64,000 bases of DNA, from assembly GCF_009914755.1 (NCBI RefSeq), contig NC_060928.1, one strand, 5' to 3'. The notes below the pieces were generated by a model. The model saw only the letters and a program-made list of their open reading frames with translations. It searched no databases and was not told the DNA's origin. Made by a program: the position numbers and the translations under genes. Each line of letters starts with the position of its first letter. Position 1 is the first letter of the stretch. Positions 18,356 to 36,800 of the stretch are shown here, in pieces. Source of the stretch: the human T2T-CHM13v2.0 reference genome, Homo sapiens.

Positions 18356-19727
18356 GTATCTTTCAAATGTGAATGCCCTAGCCACCCATTTCTTAGCTTT
18401 GTATCACTTGATCAAAGGTTTTAGGTTAGCTAAGCCTTCCTTTGACCCTTTAGAGGCTCCTACATCATTACATTTCTAGCTTTTCACCAAATATCTAGTG
18501 ATGTCTAAGCCAAAATAAAATACACTCAATCAATGGTTGAGAAATAATGAAGCAACAAATATATACATAACGGCAAAACAATGTAAATTCATAAAAATGC
18601 ATAAATTATTTAATTACCAATTAAAAAAACATTTTAAACACTCATTTAACTGAGTCTTTCAAAAATAGGCAGCTCTTAAGGAGTTACTGTTATAAAGCTG
18701 AAGGCTTTAACCAAGAATATAAACACAACGTGGAAACAGCTGAATTCATTCTTAACAATCAAAGATTTGTTCTTCTCTGGAAATTGCAACAGAAACTTCA
18801 GCAGTGGGTAGGCACGAAACCTTTACTCTAAATATTCAACAATTTCTCCATGAGACAAGCAGGGCTAGCAGCCTTCCCACCAGCTAACATCTTTTTTTTT
18901 TTTTTTTTGCAAAGCCACTGGAGAACTTTCCCATTAGATACCAAGAACATATTTGGTAGCCGAAGGACATTAAAGTGATTTAAAATTATAAATACCAATA
19001 GTTACATGAAATTACCCAAAAGATACAGTAAATTTCTAGATTTGGGAGCCCACAAAGAAGTATGTTTTAGGATATTATTAATATATTATGTATCTGAGGA
19101 TACCATCATTTAAGGGGAATGACTGACTGTTCATTAGGACTACAGACTCTGAGTCTGAGTACAACTGTCCCCAAACAAACAGTTCTGTTTTCAGGATATT
19201 TAAAAAGATTCACAGAGAGGAAATGTGCCTTTTATCAGCCTCAGTTTAAAGAAGCAGACAGGAGAGATCCAAGAAGGTACAGCAGAGAATGTAGTAGAAA
19301 ATGGCAGGTATGGAGTTCAGCAGAACAAAGGATGGGGCATAATATTGTGGGTGGACAGAGCAAGGTTCCAAATAGTCTCAAAGTAAGGACTCTGCCTGGG
19401 AAATGATAAAACTCATTTGGCAGCATACTTTGAAATAACTCGCCTGCTGCACAGGGGGCATAGGCTGCCCCATCCCCATTCATTCCCTCTTCTTTCCTGC
19501 CACACTGGAAGCATTTTATTCAGCTATTCTCATCTAGCCTCCCCTTGTGACCAGCTGCACGCACTGTGAAAGGGCCCAAAGTGCAGACCGTGCCAAAGCA
19601 AAAGAGCATGCATGACCAAATGACACCGGAATCCATGTCTACAAGGAAAACAAGTCCCCAAACTACGAAATAGTATAATCCCAATGTTATTTGTAAAATC
19701 TTACTTTAAAAAATATATATTTATTTT

Positions 19728-20092
19728 GCTATGGTCTGAATGTTTGTATCCCCATCAAATTCATATATTGAAATCCTAATCTCCAAGGTTTTGGTACCAG
19801 GAGATGTGACCTTTGGGAAGTGATTAGGTCATAAGGGTAGAGCCCTCATGAATGGGATTAATGTTCTCATAAAAGAGGCCCCAGAGAGATCCCTTGCCTT
19901 TCTGCCATAAGAGGAAACAGCAAGAAGATACTGTCTATGAACCAGACTGCAAGCCCTTATTAGACAGGGAGTCTGCTGGTGTCTTATCTTGAACTTCCCA
20001 GCCTCGAGAAGTGTGGATTTTTTTGTTTGTTTGTCATTTATAAGCCACCTGGTCTACAGTATTTTGTTATAGCAGCCTGAATGGACTAACAC
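19728..20092 (+). mobile_element. MLT1A/MST-like solo LTR
   Basis: tgctatggtctgaatgtttgtatcccc...ttgttatagcagcctgaatggactaacaca. Confidence 0.85.
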
Positions 20093-20195
20093 ATACATAC
20101 ATACATACACACATACATACATACACATACACACACACCCCACACACATATTTGTATAATTACATTTATACAAAAAAAGTGAGAACGCATCTACC

Positions 20196-20839
20196 CAGTG
20201 ATGTGCTGGAGCCAGCTCATGTGAGCTGACAATTGAATTTTCAGAAATTTTGCAAGCCAGTTGTTAAATATAACCATTATTAAAAATTAAGTTATACAAA
20301 CTTACAATTAAAGTAAAGCTAATATTAAAGGTTCATCATTTCCTAATTATTTTCTTAAATTTTACTACTGCTAATGACGTGCTACTGTGCATCTCTTCCC
20401 AATCTATCACCAGTGGTATCATATTGGTAGCTTTAAATTGGCCATGGTGGGAATATTTATCCCACAAAACTGGCAAATTAGGGTTTACTTTATCATTTTA
20501 TTGACTGTCTAAACTTAAGAAAGTGACAAAGAAAATGTTAGTAATAATGCACGTTCAACCTAAAAGCATGTTATATGTGGAGCTGTTACATTACGACAAG
20601 AACAAAAAAACTGAGGAAACATTCTTCCAGTTTGAAAACTATCATCTGAATCAGCAAAGAGGTTGCTCATGCAATTGACAAATGAATAGAAACTCTGACA
20701 TATATTTTGGTTTTGGTTTTTGACACATATTTTGTTTCACGTTTATCTTACTCATTAATATAAACAAACATATCAACCAACATTCATATTGGAATTACGC
20801 TCAGAGAGCGAGTTGCTCACATTTATCAGCATACCACTG
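20196..20839 (+). mobile_element. MER63 (hAT-Blackjack) element
   Basis: TIR-like ends cagtgatgtgctgg / tcagcataccactg; internal ttttgcaagccagttgttaaa motif. Confidence 0.75.
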
Positions 20840-21579
20840 CACAGGCCCCAGATGTTAACAATAGTTGATTCTAAGAGGTAAAGAATTATGAATGATTTGT
20901 CATCTACCTGTGTCTCTGAATTTTTCAAGCTTTATAATTACTTTAATAATTTGTGTGCTATTTTTAAAAATTGCTATAGCAAACAAACAAAACAAAATAA
21001 ATTCACTGGTTCATGTCAAATTCATGACCTCTAAATAATGAAGATTATAGCCAAACCACCAGCCAATCAATCACTTTCTGGAAACAGCAGGCTGAGTTCA
21101 AAGTCACATGTAGATGCCATTACAGGGCTGAAAATCCCCCAGAATCCTGATGTGAATAACAAAAATGAATTACAGCATGCATACAACTTCAAATCTCTGT
21201 ATTTCCCATACCCCTTATTGCTCCAGCATAAAATAAAAATACAGGGTGTTAATCAAATTAAATCCATATAACATTTAGAATTTTAAAAGCATTAATTTAG
21301 CTATTATTTCCCGAGTGTTTTCTACGTTCCAGAAATTTTCCTAGGTGCTGAGGACAAAAGTAAAACAAGATGAGCCCCTCTATTCAAAGAGATTACAGTT
21401 AAGTACAGAAGACAGAGAAGTAAACAATTTTTTAAACAGGCGATTTTAATACAGATTAGAAAATGTGGAACCACCTAGGAACATCTGGAGTCTTTAAAAA
21501 ATAGTATCACAAATATAGAACTAATCATGAATGCCAATTTCAATGAAATACAACTAAAGGAGAGGGTAAAGTATAATCA

Positions 21580-22220
<641 letters not shown>

Positions 22221-22962
22221 AATAGATTCTTAGTGGCAAGACTATGCATACATGAATAGTAACATCTGCTTTTCTGTAGCAGCCAAAGCCAGAGTCACTC
22301 CTCAAACTCCTAGCTAGTCCAGTGCTGGCATTTTTAGAACTGGTGTGGCACTACAGTCCAGTACTAATTCCAACTTTTAGTTGCACTAAAGATGATCCTC
22401 CTCATACCTCTAACCAATATCTATGTCACCATAAGAATGTCTGTAAGATATGCCAACTGTTTCTTGCGTCATGGCCCTTCTTGTTGGAAAAATTCCTAAT
22501 GATAGGAATCAACCGAAATGAAGGTGTGAATGGATAGATGGAGGGACAGGTAGGTAGGCAGACAGACAGACAGACTTCTTTTTAACAACCTTACTTTCAA
22601 AACACAAGATACAGTCTTTAGTAATCCCACTACCTTTAGGTTCCATCTATTTAGGTAGCAAGTATTTATATTTTATTAATGGAATAACAGAGCATGAGGG
22701 CCCTTCTAAACACCCAAAACTAGTGTGATAAAGTTGGACATTTTGCTTCCAGACAAATATTCTGACCATTAAAACTGGGGCTTCAATTTTCCCAGGAGAG
22801 ATTATACAACTGTTTCGGTCTAAGTTGAACTATGTCAGAGGCTATTTGGAATGCTGCCTAAAATTTCAAGAATGCTGGGGGATTGAAGGGGGAGAGGAGA
22901 TGGAGACAAACGAGGAAAGAGAAATGTGACTGTTGGTGGTGGGGTTAGGATCTAAGACTCAC

Positions 22963-23224
22963 TTCCAAGCTTGACTCCTAATCCCACCTCATTCCCACAG
23001 GCCACAGTCCTAACACCAAAGGTCTGAAAAAGACAGGTGGAATTCCCATGACAGGACCCCCAGCAATCGCAGCATCGGTGCCACTGACCCCATCATCGCC
23101 ACCAGCCCTTTCCCAGGAAGAGTCAGCTGACACGGAACAATCCTTGGCAGTGGGGATTGGGGCTACTGGATGACTTTCAGCAGCCTGAGAAGTCAACAGT
23201 GTGAAGATCACCAATGCACAGAAC
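22963..23224 (-). other. Candidate cryptic/poison exon (262 nt)
   Basis: ctttctggttag|GTTC...GGAA|gtgagt; frame open for 81 codons in phase with the upstream 40-nt exon; acceptor is weak. Confidence 0.25.
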
Positions 23225-24682
23225 CTAACCAGAAAGGTTTTCTTTAGCTTATTTATTTTTGCAAGTAGCTTCAAAAAGGAATAAACTTCTAGAGGTCCTC
23301 AGATTCTCTGTTATTTTTATTTCAAGTGAAAATGTTTCCTTGCCACTAAATTCAGGAAACACTCACTGATCACTGATAACCTCATGATTACGGACCATGG
23401 CTGGAGATAAAAAAATGAACCACTGCCCTCAGGTGGGGATGCCAGCCCCACCAACTTATAAAGGTCATTTGTGCTCTAGATAAAAGTATGCCAAGGAACT
23501 GTCTTTGGTTTGTTTTTGTCCCTGAGAAATCAAAATGTTTCAAATAATAACTTTAATCCTAGTTTTAAAATTTTAACACCAAGACTTTGTACTTGTATTC
23601 CCTTCTAATTCTAACCTGCTGTTAGAAATGTTTGTTTTCAAACTAGGACTTTCTATAAGAATAATGACGTTTCTCTTACTGAAATAATTCAGCCTTGATC
23701 ATTTTATTTTATATTATTTAGGGGAACAGAATAAAAGCTGGTCACCATGCTAATATTAAATTGCTGCAATTTATTTCATCATAATAATTTTGTGTGTATG
23801 TTTTTGGGGGAGGATTTTTTTTAAATAAACTTTTAATTGTAAATTAGTTTTAGATTTCCAGAATAGTTGTGAAGAAAGTTGTCACATACCCCACACTGTT
23901 TTCCCTACTATTCTCATCTTACATTAATATATTTGTCACAATGTGTTTTTAAACTAGTCTGGTATAAATTCTACTTCTCCATGTTTTATTTGTAAGAGGT
24001 TTATAGAAAGTAATAGAAAAAAAACCCTACATGAATTAGCATAACACTGAACTGTAAACACTGAGTGACAGTATTGTTAGCAAAAATGATGTCAAAACCT
24101 AAATATTTTCTTAAGGTAAAGTCATGTCCAAATCGAGGAGTGAGGACAAGTAGGCCCATTCACAGGACTCACCACTTTGACTAGCTCCATACAAAGACAG
24201 AATATTTGGGTTGGTATTTTACAAAGAAGTACTAGTAAAAGGAAGAAAAATGCAGAAGGCAGGAAGACTGCTAACTCTTAATAGGGTTTACATAGTAAAT
24301 CAGGGTGAAGAAAAATTTCTGTAGATTTATTTTTTAGGGTTCCAAGTCTTTACATTTAGTATAAACTACCTCAGTGTCTAGCAAAATGCTTTTCACACAC
24401 AATAAATATCTTTTGAATGTAAGTGAATCTCACTTTCAAAACAAAACATATCATAGTGCAGAAACTCCAGTACATCTGCCATTTGATGTCAAATATGGAT
24501 TCATCAATGTTTCATGGAGATGTTATTTTTAAAATCATGATCTTTCCAACATCAGGCCTACATAAACTAAAGTTGTTGTTTTGCCTCAGGCTTAAGCAGA
24601 ACAAATCTATGGGAAACTCAAAGGTGATATTTTTAACAATCATTATTTAAAGAAATATAGCAGTACCTTATTTAAATACTGA

Positions 24683-25042
<360 letters not shown>

Positions 25043-26549
25043 TGAGCATACAAAGGTATCCTGGGAATTTGTACAAACAGGAAGTACAGCTGAACTTTGT
25101 GCAGTGCTGGGAAACACGGCGGCTTTTTGTGCAAGCTCTCATTCTTCCTTTCTCTCTGAAACCACATCATCTCTGCTTCAATCTTCACATCTTCTGCTAC
25201 ACTTGAAGATTGTTTGCTGGCATTCCTGTCTTTGTACATAAAGCATCTGTTTGTTTTAGGCTATCAGTGAATTCTTGGAGACACAGAGAATGTAGGACCA
25301 TCCCCCTGATGGTTGTCAGACAGAGCGTGAACTGTGTGAGGAGTCTGGGGGTCTGACAAGCCCAATTTCAGCTCTGCCTTTACTCACTCCATGAGTATAA
25401 TCACATGTCAGTTTCCTTATCTGTAACATGACATTATTGGATTGGATGATCTCTATTCTACCCACTAGGTCTAAAATTTTTAAAATATGAAACTTAAAAC
25501 ACTCCAAGATTCCAATTTAAATTCATTTAATAAGAATCAATTACTTAATCCAACTGCAGTAAGGGAGCTGGACTTGATATTTAATCCATTCCAATAATAA
25601 TAAAGAAATAGCTAATCTAATTGACCTACACTAATGGTTTTACATCTTTTAACTCACTTAATCCACACATCCACCCGTACAAGAAGGTACTGTTATCATC
25701 CCAGTTTTAGAGATGAAAAAAGAGTTTACATAATTTAAATGTCAAAGGACTCATAGCTGGTAAATGGTGAAGTCAGGACTGGAACTTGGACAGTCTGACT
25801 CTAGGCAGGGCCAGAGTTCTTTGCTACTGTGCTTCACTATCTCACAAAAAGTTCACATACAGTTGACTGTTGAGAGGAAAACACACACACACACACACAA
25901 AACACATTAGGTGAGAATTGTGATTTAATTACCAAAGAACCTTAAGAACTGTCTTCTTTCACTGAACATCCCATGGCTGGAAGAGTTAAATCAGAAGCAA
26001 CGGTGGAGGAAAGGGGGCAGAATCTTAAATAGTATCAGAAAATGATTTAAGACTTTTATCACTCCTGGGATTTATTCACAAAATATAACATGTCAGGGAG
26101 TATATACAAATAAATGATAGGATATTTATAGGTCTGGCTGTATTTTGTGTTGTTTCAGAAAATCCTACATTAAAGAAGGTTTTTTTTGTGTGTGTGTGTC
26201 TGTGTGTGTTTTGCCTTTTGTTGATGAAAGAAGACAAAACAATAAAGTCTTCTATTACTCACTGGCATAGATCTGATGTCAGTGTTCATAAGACAAGCAA
26301 TACACTTCCCTCTTCATACAACATATTATATGGCATGGCTTTTGTTTCTCCATAAATACTGTAAAGTACTACCCTACTCTATTTTCTCAATATATTCATG
26401 GCACCCTAATCTATATGGAAATAAATTCTAGAATCAAGGCTATAGTTTTGGTAGTCCTAAAACCAACATGAGTATGTTAGGTATGTGACTTTCATTTCTA
26501 AATTACGGTATTGTTATCATTATTTCCTCTAATGGTATTGCATTGACTT

Positions 26550-26985
26550 GTGAGGTTAAAACAACTGAAACCCCTTTAAACTTGAATTAAATTAAAGGGG
26601 TTTTTATTATGAGCATACAAAGGTATCCTGGGAATGGGTATGAACAGGAAGTGCAGCTGAACTTTGGGCAGTGCTGGGAAACAAGGCAGCTTCTCGTGCA
26701 TGCTCTCATTCTTCCTCACTTTCTCTTTGGGACTACATCACCTCCGCTTCAGTTTTTGCAGTCTTCTCTTGAACTCCCTGCTCATTCACTGGCATACCTG
26801 GCCAGTGTTCATCAGCATGCATATCCTACCAAGCCCAAATCTAAATAATTTTAAACCTCCAGAAACCATGGCTGTCAGCTCTGTCTTTTAGTTTAAACTT
26901 TCATGAGAAAAAACTTGATTAGCATACCTTATAGGATAGAGTTCTATCAGCTATGGCCAAATGGGGTAGGACCACGTGGAAACCT
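26550..26985. mobile_element. Ancient ERVL/MaLR-like LTR remnant (LTR33/MLT1-like)
   Basis: Degenerate aacaactgaaaccc...gggtttttatt and tgattagc...tatcagctatggcc motifs; family call is tentative. Confidence 0.35.
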
Positions 26986-27871
26986 GGCCATAGGTGCCTT
27001 TCTTTCAGCTGAGACTGGAGGCTTGGGAGGCAGTTCTCAGGGATGCATGAGATAAGATTTAGTAGCAGTGCATCACCACCTCATCGTTCAAAGCTATGGA
27101 AAAAAACTAAACACTGAAATGCAGGCCTAGAGAATCTACAAGAGGAACAATTACAGGAGTTGTTTCCAGAGTGATTGGTAAAAGCTTGAAACCCAAGGCC
27201 ACCAGGAAGTATCCTAACAGTTTATCATGCTTTTACCATTAGCTATTTTACTTCTGAGTGGCCTATCTTTTCCTACTTTGAGTTAGAGGGCAAAGAAGAC
27301 ATCCTGCATTCAGAATGAGAGGAGATTAGGTTATGCTCAAAGAAATGCAATGAGCTTCCCTAAAGGAAGTTGATCACTGTGTGGAAAAATTAGCACTAGT
27401 GAAAAGAGAGGACCAAATCTGTATCTTTTCTTCAGGTAGCCAAAGGTAATATTTTGCCACTATGACAGAGGCCTGTGGGACTACTCAACAGTTCCTATCA
27501 ACTCCAGACTTTACCAGTTCATACAAAGCAGGCATATGTAACAATAGTGTGCTTCTCCAAGCACGAAGGGATAGCACAAATGTATAAGAGCAAATACCGC
27601 CTGGATCAAGGTGTTTATGCAGATGCTGGCTTATGCTCCTTCACAGAATCCCACCATGACCACACACCCTGGCTTGAGTTGAGAGAATTCTTTAGGACAA
27701 TAATAATGCAATTGTAGTTTCTTATGACAAAACTAACAAACATCAAACTGATATGTCAGAAAGAACTTCTGGGTTACAGAGACTTGAAGAGCCCTGACCT
27801 TGAAAAGCAGAGATAACACTGAAAATCATTTCCAAGTGGGTTTAGCCTGCTTAACTGAGGTCCAAAGCAAC

Positions 27872-28912
<1,041 letters not shown>

Positions 28913-28934
28913 AAGCAACTAAATAATTATAATA

Positions 28935-29454
<520 letters not shown>

Positions 29455-30274
29455 GAAAAAGTATTTCTTAAAAATCATTTTGGATTGCCCTAGAAAGCCT
29501 CCAAACTTGGGCATGACCTGAGAGTATTTTTAAAATTCACTTTGGATCACCCTAAAAGTTTCCCAAATTTGGGCACAGACAGTCCAGATTTCAAATACAG
29601 GCTTAAGAGTTATGCACTGGTGTCTATGCCTTGAATCCAAGTGATCTGACTCCTGAATGGCTTCAGAAAGGCCTCTGAAAAGCTCCGAGCATACAGATTT
29701 CCAGAGGCTGTGGATTAGTACAAGACCCCTTTTGGAAAGTGCTCTTTTGGGACCTGAAATAAAAATAACAGAAATGGGTTAAAAAATCTGAGCATTATAA
29801 CATAAAAATATGAGTTAAACTGGAAGAAACAATATTCTTATTGGACACCTTCTAGGACAGAGTTCTATTAGCTATGGCCAAATAGCGTAGGACCATTTTC
29901 TTCTGGTTCATCCATAAAAAACACAGGGAAAGGGAAGAATCTCAAAGAATGTTACAGAGGTAAGAATGCAACCCTTCATGAAGATAATTTGGTAGTATAT
30001 ATGAAAAGTCTTAAAATATTTATATATTTTTTGTTCCATTAATTCTACTGCTAAGAATTTATCACAAGGAGATAATCAGTGATGGTCCATAAAAATGTAG
30101 GTATAAGAATCTGATTACAGGATTATTTACAATAGTAAAATCTTGAAATAACCTAAATGTCTGATAATAGAAAAAGTTTGGTATACTACATGATGAAATG
30201 CCATGAAAATCATGTTATGGGAAAATGTTTATAAACTATTGTTTTATGAAAAGAAACTTATATATATCATCCCA

Positions 30275-30574
<300 letters not shown>

Positions 30575-30759
30575 CCCCAGTATTTTTTTTAAAGTACACC
30601 AAGTATGCACAAAAGAAAGACTGAACCACCAATATACTAACAGCAATTATTGTTGACTATTAATGATTTTATTTTTTTCTCCTTTTTGTATTTTGACAAA
30701 CTTTCTATAATAGGCACGTATTATTTTATAGTAACAAAATTTAATTGTTTGTTGTTGTT

Positions 30760-33529
<2,770 letters not shown>

Positions 33530-33559
33530 TTAATAATATGAATTAATTAATTAATTTAT

Positions 33560-35095
33560 TTATTTATTTATTTATTTGACAGGGTCTTGTTCTGTTGCCC
33601 AGGTGTGTGGTGGTACAATCCTAGCTCACTGTAGCCTCAAACTCCTAGGCTCAGGGCTTAGCTAATCCTCCTGCCTCAGCCTCCTGAGTAGCTGGGACTA
33701 CAGGTGCATGCCACCGTGACTGGCTAACTTTTAAATTTTTTTTTTTTTAATTTTATTTTTATTGATCATTCTTGGGTGTTTCTCACAGAGAGGGATTTGG
33801 CAGGGTCATAGGACAATAGTGGAGGGAAGGTCAGCAGATAAACAAGTGAACAAAGGTCTCTGGTTTTCCTAGGCAGAGGACCCTGAGGCCTTCCGCAGTG
33901 TTTGTGTCCCTGGGTACTTGAGATTAGGGAGTGATGATGACTCTTAACGAGCATGCTGCCTTCAAGCATCTGTTTAACAAAGCACATCTTGCACCGCCCT
34001 TAATCCATTTAACCCTGAGTGGACACAGCACATGTTTCAGAGAGCACAGGGCTGGGGGGTAAGGTCACAGATCAACAGGATCCCAAGGCAGAAGAATCTT
34101 TCTTAGTACAGAACAAAATGAAAAGTCTCCCATGTCTACTTCTTTCCACACAGACACGGCAACCATCCGATTTCTCAATCTTTTCCCCACCTTTCCCCGC
34201 TTTCTATTCCACAAAACCACCATTGTCATCATGGCCCGTTCTCAATGGGCTGTTGGGCACACCTCCCAGACGGGGTGGTGGCCGGGCAGAGGCGCCCCTC
34301 ACCTCCCGGACGAGGCTGCTGGCCGGGCGGGGGGCTGACCCCCCACCTCCCTCCCGGACGGGGCGGCTGGCCGGGCAGAGGGGCTCCTCACTTCCCAGTA
34401 GGGGCGGCCGGGCAGAGGCGCCCCTCACCTCCCGGACGGGGAGGCTGGCCGGGCAGGGGGCTGACCCCCCACCTCCCTCCCGGACGGGGCGGCTGGCCGG
34501 GCGGGGGGCTGACCCCCCCCACCTCCCTCCCGGAAGGGGCGGCTGGCCGGGCAGAGGGGCTCCTCACTTCCCAGTAGGGGCGGCCGGGCAGAGGCGCCCC
34601 TCACCTCCCGGATGGGGAGGCTGGCCGGGCAGGGGGCTGACCCCCCCACCTCCCTCCCGGACGGAGCGCCTGGCCTGGCGGGGGCTGACCCCCACCTCCC
34701 TCCTGGACAGGGCGGCTGCCGGGCAGAGACGCTCCTCACTTCCCAGACGGGGTGGCTGCCGGGCGGAGGGGCTCCTCACTTCTCAGATGGGGCGGTTGCC
34801 AGGCGGAGGGTCTCCTCCCTTCTCAGATGGGGCGGCTGGGCAGAGACGCTCCTCACCTCCCAGACGGGGTCGCGACCGGGCAGAGGCGCTCCTCACATCC
34901 CAGACGGGGCGGCGGGGCAAAGGCGCTCCCCACATCTCAGACGATGGGCGGCCGGGCAGAGACGCTCCTCACTTCCTAGCTAACTTTTAAATTTTATGTT
35001 GCCCAAGCTGGTCTCAAACTCCTGGCCTCAAGCAATCCTCCTGCCTTGGCCTCCCAAAGTGTTGCGAATACAGGCATGAGCCACCACAGCCGGCC
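33560..35095 (-). mobile_element. AluJ split at its central linker by the SVA
   Basis: Right arm 33560-33739, left arm 34996-35095. Confidence 0.88.
33740..34978 (-). mobile_element. SVA retrotransposon, 5'-truncated (VNTR + SINE-R + polyA)
   Basis: SINE-R at about 33760-34255 (ttgatcattcttgggtgtttctc...), GC-rich VNTR at about 34260-34978, T-tract at 33740; TSD gctaacttttaaatttt at 33723-33739 and 34979-34995. Confidence 0.97.
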
Positions 35096-35706
35096 TCATT
35101 AAAATATTCTGAAGACCGTACTTCAGTTTATAAGGCCTCTTCTACCTAGAGTTTCTCTTCAGAATCCATGACCAAGAGAAACTACTGGGCAATAGATAGT
35201 GATACACTTTAAGTCCGCCTGTCATTCCTTGATAGCATCCCTGAACTGCCTGCACAAGGCAGTGTGCCAAGGGAAAACATTATCTTGAGGAAACAGGTTT
35301 ATAGTTGAGGGAATGTTTGTATTGTAGACACAATGTTACTCTGAAGCCTCCAAACAATCCATACTTTCCTTCCATTCTTTCATTTTTTTAATTAACAAAG
35401 GATACTGATTCTCAATCCTCCTGTCCAAAAGGAAGCAAGGTCACAAACAAGTCCTTCAGGATTCCTGCCTTAAATGTTGCTGCATTTAGAAGTGTTGCAA
35501 AAGAGCTGGCTTGCTCACTCTGCATTTCTGGAAAGATGGCCTACAACTAAAATGAGATTAGAAGTGGCAAAAACTTATCATGAGGGCAGAAATGAATGCT
35601 CTGATTTATTATGCAGAGGAGCTGCTAATCAACAAAGATACTTCAAACCTTGAAATTGAATTCTTGGGACCAGGCCTGATTTCTGGTTTCAGGAAAGGGT
35701 TTTACC

Positions 35707-36002
<296 letters not shown>

Positions 36003-36749
36003 AGGGTGTTACCTTTAAGGACAAGACTGAATTCCGATCAACAGCAGTTTACTTTTAATGAGACAGGAGGTGATTGAGCTAATGAATGACTGTTCAGTAA
36101 TTCTGTCCTAAGATTTTTCCAGGAATTAGCTAGTACGCTTCTGTGGCGTACAGTCCTAATCAATACATTTGAAGAATGTGATGTATGCTGTGTTCAATAA
36201 GGGAAAATATTTGAATAAAAATTTAAAGTCCACTTTCCCAAGGATATTTATTAGTTGGAGTAAAACCATAACCTAAGGATAGATTGAGGGCCACAAAGAT
36301 GTATACAAACTTCACTTGACTACAGGCTGTTTAACCAACATTTTGTAGAACTGTATAAACAACTACTTCTAAATTATACTGCAGAAAGGTAAATAACTAA
36401 TATAAAATATAACCCAAGGGAAAGAGAGGAAAGAATTAGGATGAAAAAAATTTAAGGGCCAGGAGTTCCATGCGCCCTGGACTGCTGAGAAATGGGTGGC
36501 CAACAAGCCCATCTTGAGAAAAAGTAATAAACACAAGACCAGCTGCTGTTCCAAAGTTAACTGCCTGCTGATAGTTTAATTTGAAACAACTTCAGAAAAG
36601 CCCCACACTAAGTACTATGGCAGTGGTAGACCAGCCAATAAAACTTTTCAATTACCCAACTGCTACACCATATACATGCTTCATTTTCATTCCCATCACA
36701 CTAGGGGGAAATGCTAAAGTTACATTTCTGAAAACCACAACAAAACAAC

Positions 36750-36751
<2 letters not shown>

Positions 36752-36797
<46 letters not shown>
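36752..36797. repeat. (TG)23 microsatellite
   Basis: Perfect dinucleotide run. Confidence 0.97.

Positions 36798-36800
<3 letters not shown>

Noticed and set aside
34019-34990. 323-aa ORF and overlapping GC-rich ORFs
   Set aside because: Antisense read-through of the SVA VNTR; stop-poor repeat, not a gene
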